Positions 1 to 10,757 of a stretch of 32,000 nt of DNA are shown in pieces. The stretch's first letter is position 1. Each line of letters begins with the position of its first letter. The translations under genes were made by a program, and so were the position numbers. The DNA comes from Geobacter sulfurreducens PCA. GTDB lineage: Bacteria; Desulfobacterota; Desulfuromonadia; Geobacterales; Geobacteraceae. The stretch spans positions 3,120,001 through 3,152,000 of the forward strand of contig NC_002939.5 of the NCBI RefSeq assembly GCF_000007985.2, written 5' to 3'. A model generated the notes under the pieces. That model searched no databases. It was given only the letters and a program-made list of their open reading frames with translations, and was not told the DNA's origin.

Positions 1-510
1 CCACATAATGAATGCCGTCCCAGCGGTCAATGTGATGACTGTCATCAGCCTGAAGCCCCATCCGGGATTAGGAACGACAAGTTCACCTGCCGGTCCGCGC
101 ATGCTCTCAAGGCCAATGCTGATACCGAGTGCCTGAACCACGCTGAGCACTATCGTACCGTAGCGTGTGTACTGTATGATCTTTTTCCTGCCGGACTCCC
201 CTTCCTTGGACAATTTCTCAATGGAAGGCACAACCACCGTCAACAACTGGAAAATGATGGACGATGAAATATAGGGCATGATGCCCAGAGCGAAGACGGT
301 CAGCTTCTCCAGCGCGCCCCCCGAAAACATGTCGAAAAGCCCGAGGAGTGTACCACGGGCTTGAGCGAAGAAGTGCGCAAGTGCGTTGCTGTCGATGCCT
401 GGGGTCGGGATATGACAACCGACCCGGTAAACTGCCAGCATTCCCAGCGAAAAAAGCACTCGTTTCTTCAGTTCAGGTATTCGGAAGATGTTCTGGAATG
501 CATCGATCAA
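1..510 (-). CDS. secY: Preprotein translocase subunit SecY, N-terminal ~170 codons (gene runs off the window start)
   Basis: Hand translation of the minus strand from TTG at 510-508 gives (M)[39 protein letters not shown]...[18 protein letters not shown]..., a conserved SecY N-terminus. It is absent from the ORF track because it is truncated. The TTG start overlaps the rplO stop (TTGA). It sits in the canonical slot after rplO. Confidence 0.92.
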   Translation of the reverse strand, partial: MIDAFQNIFRIPELKKRVLFSLGMLAVYRVGCHIPTPGIDSNALAHFFAQARGTLLGLFDMFSGGALEKLTVFALGIMPYISSSIIFQLLTVVVPSIEKLSKEGESGRKKIIQYTRYGTIVLSVVQALGISIGLESMRGPAGELVVPNPGWGFRLMTVITLTAGTAFIMW

Positions 511-953
511 AGTGAAATCTCCTCGACAGTACCACCTGCCGCCGCGATTTTTTCTTTAGCCTTTGCGCTGAACTTATGCGCTTTGACGGTAAGTGGCTTG
601 GTCAGATCGCCATCAGCGAGGACCTTCAGACCGTCCTTGACTCCCCCAATCAGCCCAGCATTGAGAAGCGCTTCAACATCGATGCAGCTTCCAGCCTCAA
701 AAACTTCCAGCTGACCGACATTGACGAGAGCGTATTCCTTGCGGGTCAAAGGAGTAAAACCACGCTTGGGCAGACGACGCTGCATGGGCATCTGACCGCC
801 TTCAAAACCGGGCTTGACGCTGCCGCCACTACGGGCCTTCTGACCCTTATGTCCCTTGGTTGCAGTCTTACCGTGACCTGAGCCCGGCCCACGACCGATC
901 CGCTTTCTATCTTTGGTTGCCCCAACTGCAGGCCTGAGTTCATTGAGTTCCAT
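507..953 (-). CDS. rplO: 50S ribosomal protein L15
   Basis: ORF track 148 aa: [44 protein letters not shown]... This is the Gly/Lys-rich L15 N-terminus. ATG at 953. Located between rpmD and secY. Confidence 0.97.
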   Translation of the reverse strand: MELNELRPAVGATKDRKRIGRGPGSGHGKTATKGHKGQKARSGGSVKPGFEGGQMPMQRRLPKRGFTPLTRKEYALVNVGQLEVFEAGSCIDVEALLNAGLIGGVKDGLKVLADGDLTKPLTVKAHKFSAKAKEKIAAAGGTVEEISL

Positions 954-972
954 TCATACACCTCTGGAGAGA

Positions 973-1152
973 TTACTCTACTACCTTCACCATGTGGGCG
1001 ACCTTCTGAACCATACCCACGATTTCAGGAGTGTTCTTGAGTACGACCGTCTTGTTGACCTTGGTCAGACCGAGGCCGTTGAGTACGGCGCGTTGCTTGC
1101 TGGTCGTCCCGATATGGCTCCGGACGAGTGTAATTTTAAGTTCAGCCGACAT
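973..1152 (-). CDS. rpmD: 50S ribosomal protein L30
   Basis: Below the ORF-track size cutoff. Hand translation from ATG 1152-1150 gives MSAELKITLVRSHIGTTSKQRAVLNGLGLTKVNKTVVLKNTPEIVGMVQKVAHMVKVVE, with stop TAA at 975-973. Canonical slot between rpsE and rplO. Confidence 0.9.
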   Translation of the reverse strand: MSAELKITLVRSHIGTTSKQRAVLNGLGLTKVNKTVVLKNTPEIVGMVQKVAHMVKVVE

Positions 1153-1173
1153 GCGTTCCCCCGTTAACTCACA

Positions 1174-1662
1174 CTATTCCGTCACGCCTCTGCGTGCCAT
1201 GATCTCTTCAGGGCTCCGCAGCTGCGCCAGACCGTTGAAAGCAGCCTTGACCACGTTGTGAGGGTTGTTAGATCCAAGGCACTTAGACAGCACGTTATGC
1301 AGACCTGCCGCCTCGAAGACGGCTCTGGCAGCGCCACCCGCGATCACACCAGTACCGGCAGAAGCCGGCTTGATAAGTACGCGCCCCGCACCAAAGTGAC
1401 CAAGCACTTCATACGGTATGGTATGGCCTTCTACAATCGGGACTTTGATCAGGTTCTTCTTTGCCTGCTCCACCCCTTTGCGAATGGCTTCGGGGACTTC
1501 GTTCGCCTTGCCGAGTCCGTAACCGACACAGCCATTACCGTCGCCGACGACAACCAAGGCTGAAAAACTGAACCGCCTACCGCCTTTAACAACCTTGGCA
1601 ACACGGCTGATATGGACAACCTTGTCCGTAAGATTCAAATCATTGGGGTTGATCTTGTACAA
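1174..1662 (-). CDS. rpsE: 30S ribosomal protein S5
   Basis: 162 aa containing ...[39 protein letters not shown]... The start codon is TTG (1662-1660), with GGAGG 8 nt upstream. Confidence 0.96.
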   Translation of the reverse strand: MYKINPNDLNLTDKVVHISRVAKVVKGGRRFSFSALVVVGDGNGCVGYGLGKANEVPEAIRKGVEQAKKNLIKVPIVEGHTIPYEVLGHFGAGRVLIKPASAGTGVIAGGAARAVFEAAGLHNVLSKCLGSNNPHNVVKAAFNGLAQLRSPEEIMARRGVTE

Positions 1663-1684
1663 GTTGATGCCTCCTTGTTCCCGA

Positions 1685-2053
1685 TTAGAAGGTCAGGCCG
1701 TTTTCACGGGCCGAATCCGCCAGCGCCTTGATTCGTCCGTGATATAAGAAACCGTTTCTATCGAACACGACGGTCGCAATGTTCTTTTCGAGAGCGCGCT
1801 TCGCAATCAGGGCGCCAACCCGTTTTGCAGCCTCGACATTACCGCAGTGATTCAGGCTCTCTGAAGCCTCTTTCTGTACCGTTGAGGCAGAAACGAGCGT
1901 GGTTCCAGTCGTGTCATCAATGATCTGAGCGTAAATGTGCTGTGCGCTCTTGAACACATTAAGACGCGGACGCTCGGTCGTACCGCGGATCTTCTTTCTC
2001 ACCCTCGTCTTACGCTTGAGGTGGGCCACTTTTTTCTGAGCAAGAGGACTCAA
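1685..2053 (-). CDS. rplR: 50S ribosomal protein L18
   Basis: 122 aa containing ...[20 protein letters not shown]...[31 protein letters not shown] start at 2053-2051. Confidence 0.96.
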
Positions 2054-2071
2054 TTCTCTTCTCCTTAACGG

Positions 2072-2611
2072 CTATTTTTTACCTGTTTTGCCGGCTTTTC
2101 TCAAAATCTTCTCGTCAGCGTACTTGATCCCCTTCCCTTTGTAGGGCTCAGGGCCGCGGAACGAGCGAATCTTTGCCGCTGTCTGACCAACGAGTTCCTT
2201 GTCTATCCCCTTCACGACAAGCTTGGTCATCTTATCGACCTCGACGATGATTCCCGCCGGAAGCGCATAGTTGATCGGGTGGGAGTACCCGAGACTGAGG
2301 TTGAGCACATCGCCCTTCGCTTCAGCCCGGTAGCCAACCCCGTTGATCTCAAGGGCACGCTCGAAGCCTTTCGTTACCCCGACAACCATATTGTTCACGA
2401 GTGTACGGGTGAGACCATGTGCAGACCGTGCTTTCAGGCCGTCATCCGCACGCTTGACCTCAATGCTTGAAGGGGTGATTTCAAGGGATACTCCATCCAT
2501 CACCTGCCGCGACAGTTTTCCCTTGGGCCCTTCGATCGTCAGGACGGAATCACTGAATTCGACCTTGACCCCGCTCGGTATTTCAATAGGACGTTTGCCA
2601 ATCCTGGACAT
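2072..2611 (-). CDS. rplF: 50S ribosomal protein L6
   Basis: Same frame as ORF 2072-2671, trimmed to the ATG at 2611 ([19 protein letters not shown]..., a canonical L6 N-terminus). That ATG lies downstream of the rpsH stop (2640) and an AAGGAG. The longer track ORF would overlap rpsH. Confidence 0.94.
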   Translation of the reverse strand: MSRIGKRPIEIPSGVKVEFSDSVLTIEGPKGKLSRQVMDGVSLEITPSSIEVKRADDGLKARSAHGLTRTLVNNMVVGVTKGFERALEINGVGYRAEAKGDVLNLSLGYSHPINYALPAGIIVEVDKMTKLVVKGIDKELVGQTAAKIRSFRGPEPYKGKGIKYADEKILRKAGKTGKK

Positions 2612-2639
2612 GACGTTATGACTCCTTGATCCCTTATAA

Positions 2640-3038
2640 TTACCACACCGTGCAGAGAACTTCTCCGCCAACCCCGGCTTCGCGGGCTGACTTGTCGGTG
2701 ATCAGTCCTTTGGAGGTCGACAATATCGCTACACCCATACCGTTTTTCACGCTCGGAATCTTATCGCTCCCGACATAGACACGACTCCCGGGCTTGCTGA
2801 CCCGCTTGATCTCGTTGATCACGGGGTCCTTTTCGTCAATATACTTCAGGTAGACGCGCAAAACGCCCTGGCGGCTGTCAGCTATAACTTTGTAGTTCTT
2901 GATGAAGCCTTCTGCCTTAAGAACATTGGCAAGGTTCACCTTGAGGTTCGACGAGGGAATGTCGACCTTCTGCAGTCGCGCCATGTTGGCGTTGCGTATC
3001 CTCGTCAGCATATCGGCAATGGGGTCTGTCATCGACAT
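2640..3038 (-). CDS. rpsH: 30S ribosomal protein S8
   Basis: 132 aa: [30 protein letters not shown]...[12 protein letters not shown] at 3038. Confidence 0.97.
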   Translation of the reverse strand: MSMTDPIADMLTRIRNANMARLQKVDIPSSNLKVNLANVLKAEGFIKNYKVIADSRQGVLRVYLKYIDEKDPVINEIKRVSKPGSRVYVGSDKIPSVKNGMGVAILSTSKGLITDKSAREAGVGGEVLCTVW

Positions 3039-3074
3039 GGAACGTACTCCTCTTTATATTTACCGTTTAACTGG

Positions 3075-3260
3075 TTACCAGCTTGACTTGATCACGCCGG
3101 GAATCTGTCCGGCCGAGGCAAGCTTACGCAGGCAGATCCGGCACATATCGAACTTGCGATAATAGGCCCGTGGTCTCCCGCACAGAGGACAGCGATTATA
3201 CTCGCGAACCTTGAATTTGCTGCCCCTTTGAGCCTTTATGATCATTGATGTCTTTGCCAC
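3075..3260 (-). CDS. rpsN: 30S ribosomal protein S14, short zinc-binding (type Z) form
   Basis: Same frame as ORF 3075-3332, trimmed to GTG 3260-3258, which is preceded by GGAGG. 61 aa: (V)[60 protein letters not shown], with a CxxC...CxxC pattern. Confidence 0.92.
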   Translation of the reverse strand: MAKTSMIIKAQRGSKFKVREYNRCPLCGRPRAYYRKFDMCRICLRKLASAGQIPGVIKSSW

Positions 3261-3279
3261 TGGTAGTCCTCCACAGATG

Positions 3280-3819
3280 TTAGTGCCTGAACGGCATGCC
3301 GAGATGCTTGAGAAGAGCCCTGCTCTCCTCATCAGTCTTTGCCGACGTTACAATGGTTATGTTCAGACCCTTGATCTTGTCGATTTTGTCGTAGTTGATC
3401 TCAGGAAAAATAAGCTGCTCTTTAACACCAAGCGAGTAGTTGCCCCGTCCGTCGAACCCTTTGGCAGAAACGCCTTTGAAGTCGCGAACGCGAGGGAGCG
3501 CCACGTTGATGAGTCGATCAAGGAACTCATACATCTTTTCGCGGCGCAGGGTGACCATGCAGCCGATCGGCATCCCCTGGCGAAGTTTGAAGCCAGCGAT
3601 CGACTTCTTTGCCTTGGTGATGACGGCCTTTTGTCCCGCTATTGCGGCAAGCTCCTCGACAGCCGAGTCAAGGATCTTGACATTCTGGATCGCTTCACCA
3701 AGCCCCATATTGACGACGATTTTTTCGATCTTCGGTACCTGCATGACGTTCGAATAACCGAAGTCTTTTGTCAGCTGTTCGACGATCTCTTTATGATAAA
3801 GCTCTTTAAGCCTTGCCAT
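3280..3819 (-). CDS. rplE: 50S ribosomal protein L5
   Basis: 179 aa: [43 protein letters not shown]... Confidence 0.97.
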   Translation of the reverse strand: MARLKELYHKEIVEQLTKDFGYSNVMQVPKIEKIVVNMGLGEAIQNVKILDSAVEELAAIAGQKAVITKAKKSIAGFKLRQGMPIGCMVTLRREKMYEFLDRLINVALPRVRDFKGVSAKGFDGRGNYSLGVKEQLIFPEINYDKIDKIKGLNITIVTSAKTDEESRALLKHLGMPFRH

Positions 3820-3833
3820 CTTCCCCTCCAGTC

Positions 3834-4160
3834 CTATTTATCAAAGGCTTCGCCGCACTTGACGCAGACGCGAACCTTCTTGCCGTCTTCGAGGATGGCC
3901 TTCTTTGCCCTCACCGGCTTTTCGCACTTGCCACAGTAGAGCATTACGTTAGACACATGGAGGGGGGCCTCTTTTTCCACTATGCCGCCAGGCTCATTAC
4001 CACGTGCACGCGTGTGGCGCTTGACGATATTGAGTCCTTCCACAAGCACTCCATCTCTTTTCGGAAGAATACGGAGGACCGTGCCGGTCTTGCTCTTGTC
4101 CTTGCCTGTTACGACAGAGACGGTATCGCCCTTTTTGATATGAAACTTTTTATCGAGCAT
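3834..4160 (-). CDS. rplX: 50S ribosomal protein L24 with C-terminal CxxC...CxxC zinc-ribbon-like tail
   Basis: 108 aa: [49 protein letters not shown]... (KOW motif). The tail is [35 protein letters not shown]. Confidence 0.96.
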   Translation of the reverse strand: MLDKKFHIKKGDTVSVVTGKDKSKTGTVLRILPKRDGVLVEGLNIVKRHTRARGNEPGGIVEKEAPLHVSNVMLYCGKCEKPVRAKKAILEDGKKVRVCVKCGEAFDK

Positions 4161-4183
4161 TGAACTTTCTCCACGGAGATGAT

Positions 4184-4552
4184 TTACAGAACCTCTGGGG
4201 CCAGAGAAATAATCTTCATGAACTTCTGGGCCCTGAGTTCCCTGGCGACCGGCCCGAAAATACGGGTGCCAACGGGTTCGCGCTGGTTGTTGATTACAAC
4301 ACCAGAGTTATCGTCAAATCGGATGTAGGAACCGTCCGGACGCCCGATTTCCTTTGCGGTGCGAACAATGACAACCTTGACCACATCGCCCTTTTTGACT
4401 TTTGCGTTAGGAACAGCTTCCCTGACTGAACAAACAACGATGTCGCCAACCCCGGCATACTTGCGCTTCGATCCGCCGAGCACTTTTATGCAGAAAAGTT
4501 TTTTGGCCCCCGAGTTGTCCGCCACATCGAGTACAGTTTGCATCTGAATCAT
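4184..4552 (-). CDS. rplN: 50S ribosomal protein L14
   Basis: 122 aa: [40 protein letters not shown]... Confidence 0.98.
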   Translation of the reverse strand: MIQMQTVLDVADNSGAKKLFCIKVLGGSKRKYAGVGDIVVCSVREAVPNAKVKKGDVVKVVIVRTAKEIGRPDGSYIRFDDNSGVVINNQREPVGTRIFGPVARELRAQKFMKIISLAPEVL

Positions 4553-4565
4553 GTGAACACTCCTG

Positions 4566-4823
4566 CTATTCGACCCTGTCGATAATCTGACGAACTTTCC
4601 AGCGCTTGTCTTTGCTCAGGGGGCGCGTTTCCACAATCAGCACCCTGTCTCCTGTTTTGCAGCTATTATCAGTATCGTGTGCCTTATATTTAACACTACG
4701 CTTAATGTACTTATTATAGACGGGATGTTTCACAAGATGCGAGACCCTGACAACAACTGTCTTGTCCATCTTGTCACTGACAACAACCCCAACCTGGGTC
4801 TTTCTGTTCCCGCGCTGACTCAT
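4566..4823 (-). CDS. rpsQ: 30S ribosomal protein S17
   Basis: 85 aa: [50 protein letters not shown]... Confidence 0.96.
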   Translation of the reverse strand: MSQRGNRKTQVGVVVSDKMDKTVVVRVSHLVKHPVYNKYIKRSVKYKAHDTDNSCKTGDRVLIVETRPLSKDKRWKVRQIIDRVE

Positions 4824-4835
4824 AGCTTCCTCTCT

Positions 4836-5024
4836 TTAGCCTCTTTTCTCACTAAGGATGGTCTTGATCCGGGCGATATCTTTCTTGACGGAGGATATCT
4901 TCGCCGTATTCTCCAACCGCCCGGTATGAAGCTGGAAACGAAGGTTGAACAACTCTTGCGAGAGTTCTGCAGCCTTAGCCGTCAACTCTTCCATTGATTT
5001 ATTTTTCAGTTCACTAGCTTTCAT
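4836..5024 (-). CDS. rpmC: 50S ribosomal protein L29
   Basis: Same frame as ORF 4836-5078, trimmed to ATG 5024 ([40 protein letters not shown]...). AGGAAGG lies 6 nt upstream. An alternative ATG is at 5030. The gene overlaps the rplP 3' end by 11 nt. Confidence 0.9.
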   Translation of the reverse strand: MKASELKNKSMEELTAKAAELSQELFNLRFQLHTGRLENTAKISSVKKDIARIKTILSEKRG

Positions 5025-5436
5025 GGCCATCCTTCCTGGAGATAAATTTCGTTCCAACAGGAAGCTTATGGGCAGCAAGGCGGAAAGCCTCGCGTGCGAT
5101 CTCTTCGGTTACCCCTTCCATCTCGTACAGAACCTTACCGGGTTTCACCACGCAAACCCAGGAGTCAGGGGATCCCTTGCCCTTGCCCATACGAGTTTCA
5201 GCAGGCTTAGACGTGAGGGGCTTGTCCGGGAAGAGCCGAATCCAGATTTTTCCTCCCCGCTTAATGTAACGGGTCATTGCGATACGGGCGGCCTCAATCT
5301 GCCGTGAATCAACCCAGCCACATTCAGTCGCCTGGAGGCCGAATTCCCCGAACGCGAGGGAAGCGCCGCGCTGCGCATCTCCCTTCATGCGCCCTTTCAT
5401 CTGCTTTCTATGCTTAACTCTTTTGGGCATCAACAT
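5014..5436 (-). CDS. rplP: 50S ribosomal protein L16
   Basis: 140 aa: [36 protein letters not shown]... Confidence 0.97.
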   Translation of the reverse strand: MLMPKRVKHRKQMKGRMKGDAQRGASLAFGEFGLQATECGWVDSRQIEAARIAMTRYIKRGGKIWIRLFPDKPLTSKPAETRMGKGKGSPDSWVCVVKPGKVLYEMEGVTEEIAREAFRLAAHKLPVGTKFISRKDGHES

Positions 5437-5454
5437 TGCTAAAAGCTCCTGTTT

Positions 5455-6090
5455 CTATTTTTGACCGGGGAGAACTTCGCCCTTAAAGATGAGGACCTTG
5501 ACACCAATAATACCGTAGGTCGTCTTCGCTTCCGCAAAGCCGTAGTCAATATCAGCTCTCAGCGTATGAAGCGGCACCCTGCCTTCACGGTACCATTCGG
5601 TCCGCGACATCTCAGCACCGCCAAGACGTCCCGAGCAGGTTATCCTGATACCTTTGGCGCCGAACTTGAGGGAGGACGTAACACTCTTCTTCATCGCGCG
5701 GCGAAATGCGACACGACGTTCGAGCTGAAGGGCAACGTTCTCCGCCACGAGCTGCGCATCGAGCTCAGGCTTCCTGACTTCCTGAATATTGAGGTAGATC
5801 TCTTTGTCAGTGAGCTTGGCAAGCTCTTTCTTCAGGGTTTCCACCTCAGCGCCCTTCTTACCGATGATAAGGCCGGGCCGGGCGGTATAGATGTTGATCT
5901 TGGCCTTATTCGCGGCCCGCTCAATCTCTATCTTGGAAACGCCTGAATTGTAGAGACGCTTTTTAAGAAAATTACGAAGCTTGAGATCCTCGTGCAGAAG
6001 CTTCGAGTAATCGGCCTCCGCGTACCACCGCGAATCCCACGTCCGTATAACACCAAGCCTGAATCCAACAGGATTTACTTTCTGACCCAA
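5455..6090 (-). CDS. rpsC: 30S ribosomal protein S3
   Basis: 211 aa: (M)[23 protein letters not shown]... The start codon is TTG (6090-6088), with GGAGG 7 nt upstream. Confidence 0.97.
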   Translation of the reverse strand: MGQKVNPVGFRLGVIRTWDSRWYAEADYSKLLHEDLKLRNFLKKRLYNSGVSKIEIERAANKAKINIYTARPGLIIGKKGAEVETLKKELAKLTDKEIYLNIQEVRKPELDAQLVAENVALQLERRVAFRRAMKKSVTSSLKFGAKGIRITCSGRLGGAEMSRTEWYREGRVPLHTLRADIDYGFAEAKTTYGIIGVKVLIFKGEVLPGQK

Positions 6091-6107
6091 GACACCACCT
6101 CCAGTCG

Positions 6108-6443
6108 TTATTGCTTGTCTGCCAGAACCACCGTGATGTGGCTGGTCGGTTTTCTGATCTTGCTTGCCCTGCCCATTGCCCGCGGCACGAAGCGCTTGAG
6201 TACCGGTCCACCGTCCACGGAAATGCTCTTTACGTAGAGGCGGTCAACGTCTGAAGCGCCTTTCTGCTCGGCATTGGCAACAGCTGACCGAAGAAGCTTG
6301 GATACGAGTTTCGCAGACGCCTGCGGCGAAAAACGCAGAATAGTGAGTGCGTCCTGTATTCCCTTGCCCCTGACCATGTCTACGACAAGACGTGTCTTGC
6401 GCGGTGAAAGGCGGGCAAATGTCAATTTTGCGCTGGCTTCCAT
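6108..6443 (-). CDS. rplV: 50S ribosomal protein L22
   Basis: 111 aa: [41 protein letters not shown]... Confidence 0.96.
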   Translation of the reverse strand: MEASAKLTFARLSPRKTRLVVDMVRGKGIQDALTILRFSPQASAKLVSKLLRSAVANAEQKGASDVDRLYVKSISVDGGPVLKRFVPRAMGRASKIRKPTSHITVVLADKQ

Positions 6444-6465
6444 CTGTGAATGCTCCTTTTAAGAA

Positions 6466-6747
6466 TTACTTCTTCTTGAGCTTGCTCTTCTTGTCGGCCG
6501 CATGACCGTGAAAGGTCCGCGTCGGGGCGAATTCGCCAAGCTTATGTCCCACCATGTTTTCAGTGACAAAGACAGGAATAAACTTCTTCCCGTTGTGCAC
6601 GGCAAAGGTCAATCCGATGAAATCAGGAGTAATGGTAGAGCGCCTGGACCATGTCTTGATGACCTTTTTGGAGCCTGCACTCTCTGCGGCAACCTTCTTG
6701 GCAACATGATCATCTACAAAGGGGCCTTTTTTTATCGAACGAGCCAT
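6466..6747 (-). CDS. rpsS: 30S ribosomal protein S19
   Basis: 93 aa: [19 protein letters not shown]...[32 protein letters not shown]... Confidence 0.97.
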   Translation of the reverse strand: MARSIKKGPFVDDHVAKKVAAESAGSKKVIKTWSRRSTITPDFIGLTFAVHNGKKFIPVFVTENMVGHKLGEFAPTRTFHGHAADKKSKLKKK

Positions 6748-6774
6748 GGTGTCAATCCTTTGGACTATTGTTTG

Positions 6775-7599
6775 TTATTTCGAACGCTTCTTAACAATGA
6801 AGCGGGTTGAAGTCTTGTTCTTGCGCGTCTTGTAACCCTTGGTCGGAATACCCCACGGAGTTACGGGGTGACGACCACCGGAAGTACGACCCTCACCACC
6901 ACCATGGGGGTGATCGACCGGGTTCATAGCAACACCGCGAACCTTCGGTCTGCGCCCAAGCCAGCGAGAACGCCCCGCCTTGCCAATAGACACATTCTCG
7001 TGATCGATATTGCCAACCTGGCCGATGGTAGCCATGCAATCAAGCAGCACCATCCTCACTTCGCCGGACGGAAGCTTCACCTGAGCATACTTGCCTTCTT
7101 TGGCCATGAGCTGAGCAAAGGTACCTGCGCTGCGGGCAAGCTGGCCACCCTTCCCGATTTTAAGCTCGATGTTATGAATGATTGTACCCAGCGGGATTGC
7201 GCGCAAAGGAAGCGCATTGCCCGGCTTGATATCAGCATTCGAACTGGCAACGATGCTGTCGCCCACCTTGAGATCGAGCGGAGCGAGGATATAACGCTTT
7301 GCACCGTCTGCATAGTGGAGCAGAGCAATCCGCGCACTTCTGTTGGGATCGTACTCGATGCTCGCGACTTTGGCCGGGACTTCCACTTTGTTCCTGCGGA
7401 AATCAATTATGCGGTACTTTTTCTTGTGTCCACCACCGATATGACGGGCAGTAATCCTGCCGAAGCTATTACGGCCGCCAGTCTTCTTTATGGTGACAAT
7501 GAGAGACTTTTCGGGAGTTGATGTTGTAATCTCATCAAACGCAGAGCACGTCTGGTGCCTGCGTCCCGCCGAAGTAGGTTTATATGTCTTGATCGCCAT
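6775..7599 (-). CDS. rplB: 50S ribosomal protein L2
   Basis: 274 aa: [17 protein letters not shown]...[30 protein letters not shown]... Confidence 0.98.
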   Translation of the reverse strand: MAIKTYKPTSAGRRHQTCSAFDEITTSTPEKSLIVTIKKTGGRNSFGRITARHIGGGHKKKYRIIDFRRNKVEVPAKVASIEYDPNRSARIALLHYADGAKRYILAPLDLKVGDSIVASSNADIKPGNALPLRAIPLGTIIHNIELKIGKGGQLARSAGTFAQLMAKEGKYAQVKLPSGEVRMVLLDCMATIGQVGNIDHENVSIGKAGRSRWLGRRPKVRGVAMNPVDHPHGGGEGRTSGGRHPVTPWGIPTKGYKTRKNKTSTRFIVKKRSK

Positions 7600-7623
7600 G
7601 GTATGTCACTCCACTGCTCAGGT

Positions 7624-7908
7624 TTATATTTCGAAGAAATCGACGCTGCTTCCCTCTTTCAGGGTCACGTACGCCTTCTTCCAGTTGGAACGCTTGCCAT
7701 AGTGACGGCCGAAACGCTTGACCTTCCCAGCGACATTGACCGTGTTAACTTCGGCGACCTCGACCTTGAAAAGCTTCTCAACAGCTTCCTTGATCTCGAT
7801 CTTGTTCGCGTCGCGGTCGACCTCGAAGGAGACGACGTTCTTCGAATCCTTCTCGATGGTTGTCTTTTCAGTGATGAGTGGCTTCTTTATCACGTCGTAC
7901 AGGTTCAT
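7624..7908 (-). CDS. rplW: 50S ribosomal protein L23
   Basis: 94 aa: [47 protein letters not shown]... The ATG overlaps the rplD stop (ATGA at 7908-7905). Confidence 0.96.
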   Translation of the reverse strand: MNLYDVIKKPLITEKTTIEKDSKNVVSFEVDRDANKIEIKEAVEKLFKVEVAEVNTVNVAGKVKRFGRHYGKRSNWKKAYVTLKEGSSVDFFEI

Positions 7909-8528
7909 GACTGCAACACTCCTTCGATCGTACGAACAGCCGACTGGGTAACGATGATGTTATTATATTTGACGATGTCGAAAACATTCAGGTGTTCTGC
8001 CTTGAGTACTTTGACATCTTTCACGTTACGGGCCGACAGTTCAAGGTTGAGATTCGGCTCGTCCACAACCACGAGCGTCTTGGCCAGATCGAATGCCTTC
8101 AGCACCGTCACGAATCCCTTGGTAGAGATAGACGGGAGAGTAAAGGAGTCAAGAACGGACAGTTTGTTCTCCTTGTAAAGCATCGAGAGCGCAGACCGTA
8201 CGGCTGCCTTGCGCGCCTTTTTATTCATTGAGAGGTTGTACACCTTCGGACGGGGACCGAACGCAACACCACCTCCGACGAAGTGCGGTGCTCGAATGCA
8301 GCCCTGACGGGCTTGACCGGTACCCTTCTGACGATAGGGTTTCTTGCCGCCACCGGAAACAATTGCACGGTTCTTTACCGACACGGTTCCCGCGCGGCGA
8401 TTGGCAAGTTGAACCTTTATAGCCTCGTGGATGAGATATTCTTTGACCTCGCCATTGAAGACGTTGTCATTGAGATCCATTACACCCACTTTGTTTTTGC
8501 TGATATCAAACACATCAATGGTTGCCAT
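7905..8528 (-). CDS. rplD: 50S ribosomal protein L4
   Basis: Same frame as ORF 7905-8534. I prefer ATG 8528 ([15 protein letters not shown]...) because GGAGA then sits 7 nt upstream; the ATG at 8534 abuts that SD. Contains ...[36 protein letters not shown]... Confidence 0.93.
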   Translation of the reverse strand: MATIDVFDISKNKVGVMDLNDNVFNGEVKEYLIHEAIKVQLANRRAGTVSVKNRAIVSGGGKKPYRQKGTGQARQGCIRAPHFVGGGVAFGPRPKVYNLSMNKKARKAAVRSALSMLYKENKLSVLDSFTLPSISTKGFVTVLKAFDLAKTLVVVDEPNLNLELSARNVKDVKVLKAEHLNVFDIVKYNNIIVTQSAVRTIEGVLQS

Positions 8529-8552
8529 ACTCATTCTCCAGAATCTGCCGGT

Positions 8553-9185
8553 CTATCGAGGCTTGACGGTATCCTTCACAAGGACGATTCCATTTTTCGC
8601 CCCGGGAATCGCCCCTTTGATGAGCAGTATATTGTCGGCGGCATCAACGCGAACCACCTGCAGTCTCTGCACGGTCACCCTTTCATTACCGAGCTGGCCG
8701 GGCATCTTCTTGTTCTTGAAGACGCGTGAGGGGTAGGCTGAGCTGCCGATCGAACCGGGGGCGCGATGAAAGCAGGAACCGTGTGAAGAACGCCCGCCAC
8801 GGAAGCCCCAGCGCTTGATAACGCCTTGAAAGCCCTTACCGATACTGGTGCCGGTAACATCGATATACTCACCAACTTCAAACGCGTCCGCGGATATAAC
8901 GTCGCCAACATTATAGCGGTCGACATCATCGAGCCTGAACTCGCGAATGTGTGCGAATGCGCCTTGGCCGGCCGCCTTGATGTGGCCGAGCATAGGCTTG
9001 GTGACTTTTCTTGCCTCCTGGGACAGAAAACCAACCTGAATAGCATCATAGCCGTCAGTTGCACTGGTCTTCTTCTGGAGCACGACACACGGACCGGCCT
9101 GAACGACAGTAACCGGAATGCGCTTGCCGTCTTCTGCAAAGATCTGGGTCATCCCCAGCTTTTTCGCTATAAGTCCCTTCTTCAT
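8553..9185 (-). CDS. rplC: 50S ribosomal protein L3
   Basis: 210 aa: [35 protein letters not shown]... Confidence 0.97.
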   Translation of the reverse strand: MKKGLIAKKLGMTQIFAEDGKRIPVTVVQAGPCVVLQKKTSATDGYDAIQVGFLSQEARKVTKPMLGHIKAAGQGAFAHIREFRLDDVDRYNVGDVISADAFEVGEYIDVTGTSIGKGFQGVIKRWGFRGGRSSHGSCFHRAPGSIGSSAYPSRVFKNKKMPGQLGNERVTVQRLQVVRVDAADNILLIKGAIPGAKNGIVLVKDTVKPR

Positions 9186-9212
9186 GGTTGCAGTCCTATT
9201 CTAGAGTTCTCG

Positions 9213-9521
9213 CTAGAGCTTGATTTCAACATCCACACCGGCCGAAAGGTCGAGCTTCATAAGCGCATCAACCGTTTGCTGGGTCGGGTCGAGAATGTCG
9301 ATGAGACGCTTGTGGGTCCTAATCTCGAACTGCTCGCGAGATTTCTTGTCCACGTGCGGTCCACGAAGTACGCAGTACTTGTTGATTACGGTGGGAAGCG
9401 GAATCGGACCCGCCACACGGGCGCCGGTGCGCTTCGCCGTGTCAACAATCTCTCCGACCGATTGGTCGAGGAGTTTATGATCAAATGCCTTAAGGCGGAT
9501 TCTAATCTTTTGACTTGGCAT
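9213..9521 (-). CDS. rpsJ: 30S ribosomal protein S10
   Basis: 102 aa: [44 protein letters not shown]... Lies only 18 nt downstream of the tuf stop. Confidence 0.98.
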   Translation of the reverse strand: MPSQKIRIRLKAFDHKLLDQSVGEIVDTAKRTGARVAGPIPLPTVINKYCVLRGPHVDKKSREQFEIRTHKRLIDILDPTQQTVDALMKLDLSAGVDVEIKL

Positions 9522-9539
9522 CTCTTCCTCGCAACAACG

Positions 9540-10730
9540 TTATTCGATAATGGAGCTGACGACGCCGGCGCCCACAGTACGGCCACCTTCGCGAATCGCG
9601 AACCGAAGACCTTCATCCATCGCGATCGGCGTGATCAGGTTGATCGTCACCGCCACGTTGTCGCCAGGCATTACCATCTCAGTCCCGGCAGGAAGGTCTA
9701 CTACGCCAGTCACGTCCGTCGTACGGAAGTAGAACTGCGGACGGTACCCGTTGAAGAACGGCGTGTGACGGCCACCTTCTTCCTTCGTCAGGATGTACGC
9801 CTCGGCCTTGAACTTGGTGTGCGGAGTGATGCTCCCCGGCTTCGCAAGCACCTGGCCACGCTCGATGTCTTCACGCTTCACCCCCCGCAGAAGGGCACCG
9901 ATGTTGTCACCGGCGCGGCCTTCGTCCAGAAGCTTGCGGAACATCTCGACTCCGGTCACCGTGGTCTTGGCAGTGGCCTTGATCCCGACGATCTCGACCT
10001 CCTCACCCACCTTGACAATTCCGCGCTCCACACGCCCCGTGGCTACGGTACCGCGACCGGAGATCGAGAATACGTCCTCCACAGGCATCAGGAACGGCTT
10101 GTCTACGGCCCGCTCGGGCTCGGGAATATAGTTGTCAACGGCTTCCATCAGCTTCAGGATGGCTTCTTCGCCCAGCTCGTCCTTGTCGCCATTGAGCCCC
10201 TTGAGCGCGCTCCCCTTGATGATCGGGATGTCGTCACCCGGGAAGTCGTAGGAGGAGAGCAGCTCGCGAATCTCGAGCTCTACCAGCTCGAGCAGCTCTT
10301 CGTCGTCTACCATGTCGGCCTTGTTCAGGAACACGACAATGTAGGGCACGCCAACCTGACGGGCAAGCAGGATGTGCTCGCGGGTCTGCGGCATGGGGCC
10401 ATCGGCGGCGGATACGACGAGGATCGCGCCGTCCATCTGCGCCGCACCGGTGATCATGTTCTTTACATAGTCGGCGTGACCCGGGCAGTCCACGTGGGCG
10501 TAGTGACGCTTCTCGGTCTCGTACTCCACATGGGACGTGGCGATGGTGATACCGCGCTCGCGCTCTTCCGGAGCGTTGTCAATCTGGTCAAAACCACGGA
10601 ACTCTGCCTGGCCGCGCTCTGCCAATACCTTGGTTATGGCCGCCGTCAGCGTGGTCTTGCCATGGTCTACGTGGCCGATCGTTCCTATGTTGACGTGCGG
10701 TTTCGTCCTCTCGAATTTTGCCTTTGCCAT
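9540..10730 (-). CDS. tuf: Elongation factor Tu, copy 1 (str-operon copy, tufA-like position)
   Basis: 396 aa: [36 protein letters not shown]...DCPGHADY...NKADMV... (G1-G4 GTPase motifs). Stop TAA. Follows fusA. Confidence 0.99.
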   Translation of the reverse strand: MAKAKFERTKPHVNIGTIGHVDHGKTTLTAAITKVLAERGQAEFRGFDQIDNAPEERERGITIATSHVEYETEKRHYAHVDCPGHADYVKNMITGAAQMDGAILVVSAADGPMPQTREHILLARQVGVPYIVVFLNKADMVDDEELLELVELEIRELLSSYDFPGDDIPIIKGSALKGLNGDKDELGEEAILKLMEAVDNYIPEPERAVDKPFLMPVEDVFSISGRGTVATGRVERGIVKVGEEVEIVGIKATAKTTVTGVEMFRKLLDEGRAGDNIGALLRGVKREDIERGQVLAKPGSITPHTKFKAEAYILTKEEGGRHTPFFNGYRPQFYFRTTDVTGVVDLPAGTEMVMPGDNVAVTINLITPIAMDEGLRFAIREGGRTVGAGVVSSIIE

Positions 10731-10743
10731 GCAGGATTCCTCC
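9541..10743. repeat. 1203-nt dispersed direct repeat, copy A (tuf CDS plus 13 nt of 5' UTR)
   Basis: Line-by-line comparison with 25857-27059 (offset 16316) found one mismatch: A at 9576 versus G at 25892. Identity ends abruptly at both edges. Confidence 0.9.
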
Positions 10744-10757
10744 CTCGCTGAATTTGA

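Noticed and set aside
2612-2671. N-terminal extensions in the ORF track for rplF, rpsN (to 3332), rpmC (to 5078), rpsL (to 13769), tuf copy 2 (to 27070), etfB (to 28577) and argC (to 31565).
   Set aside because: The extensions overlap upstream genes, terminators or SD sequences. They also precede internal starts that reproduce the canonical family N-termini, so I trimmed them.
8826-10751. A 641-aa plus-strand ORF spanning the antisense of rplC, rpsJ and tuf.
   Set aside because: It is exactly antisense to three strongly supported, conserved genes. Its translation is low-complexity (rich in L, R, G, V, D, H). It has no SD or promoter context, and part of it is duplicated at 26081-27076 only because tuf is duplicated. 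This is a typical stop-poor antisense frame in GC-rich, codon-biased genes.
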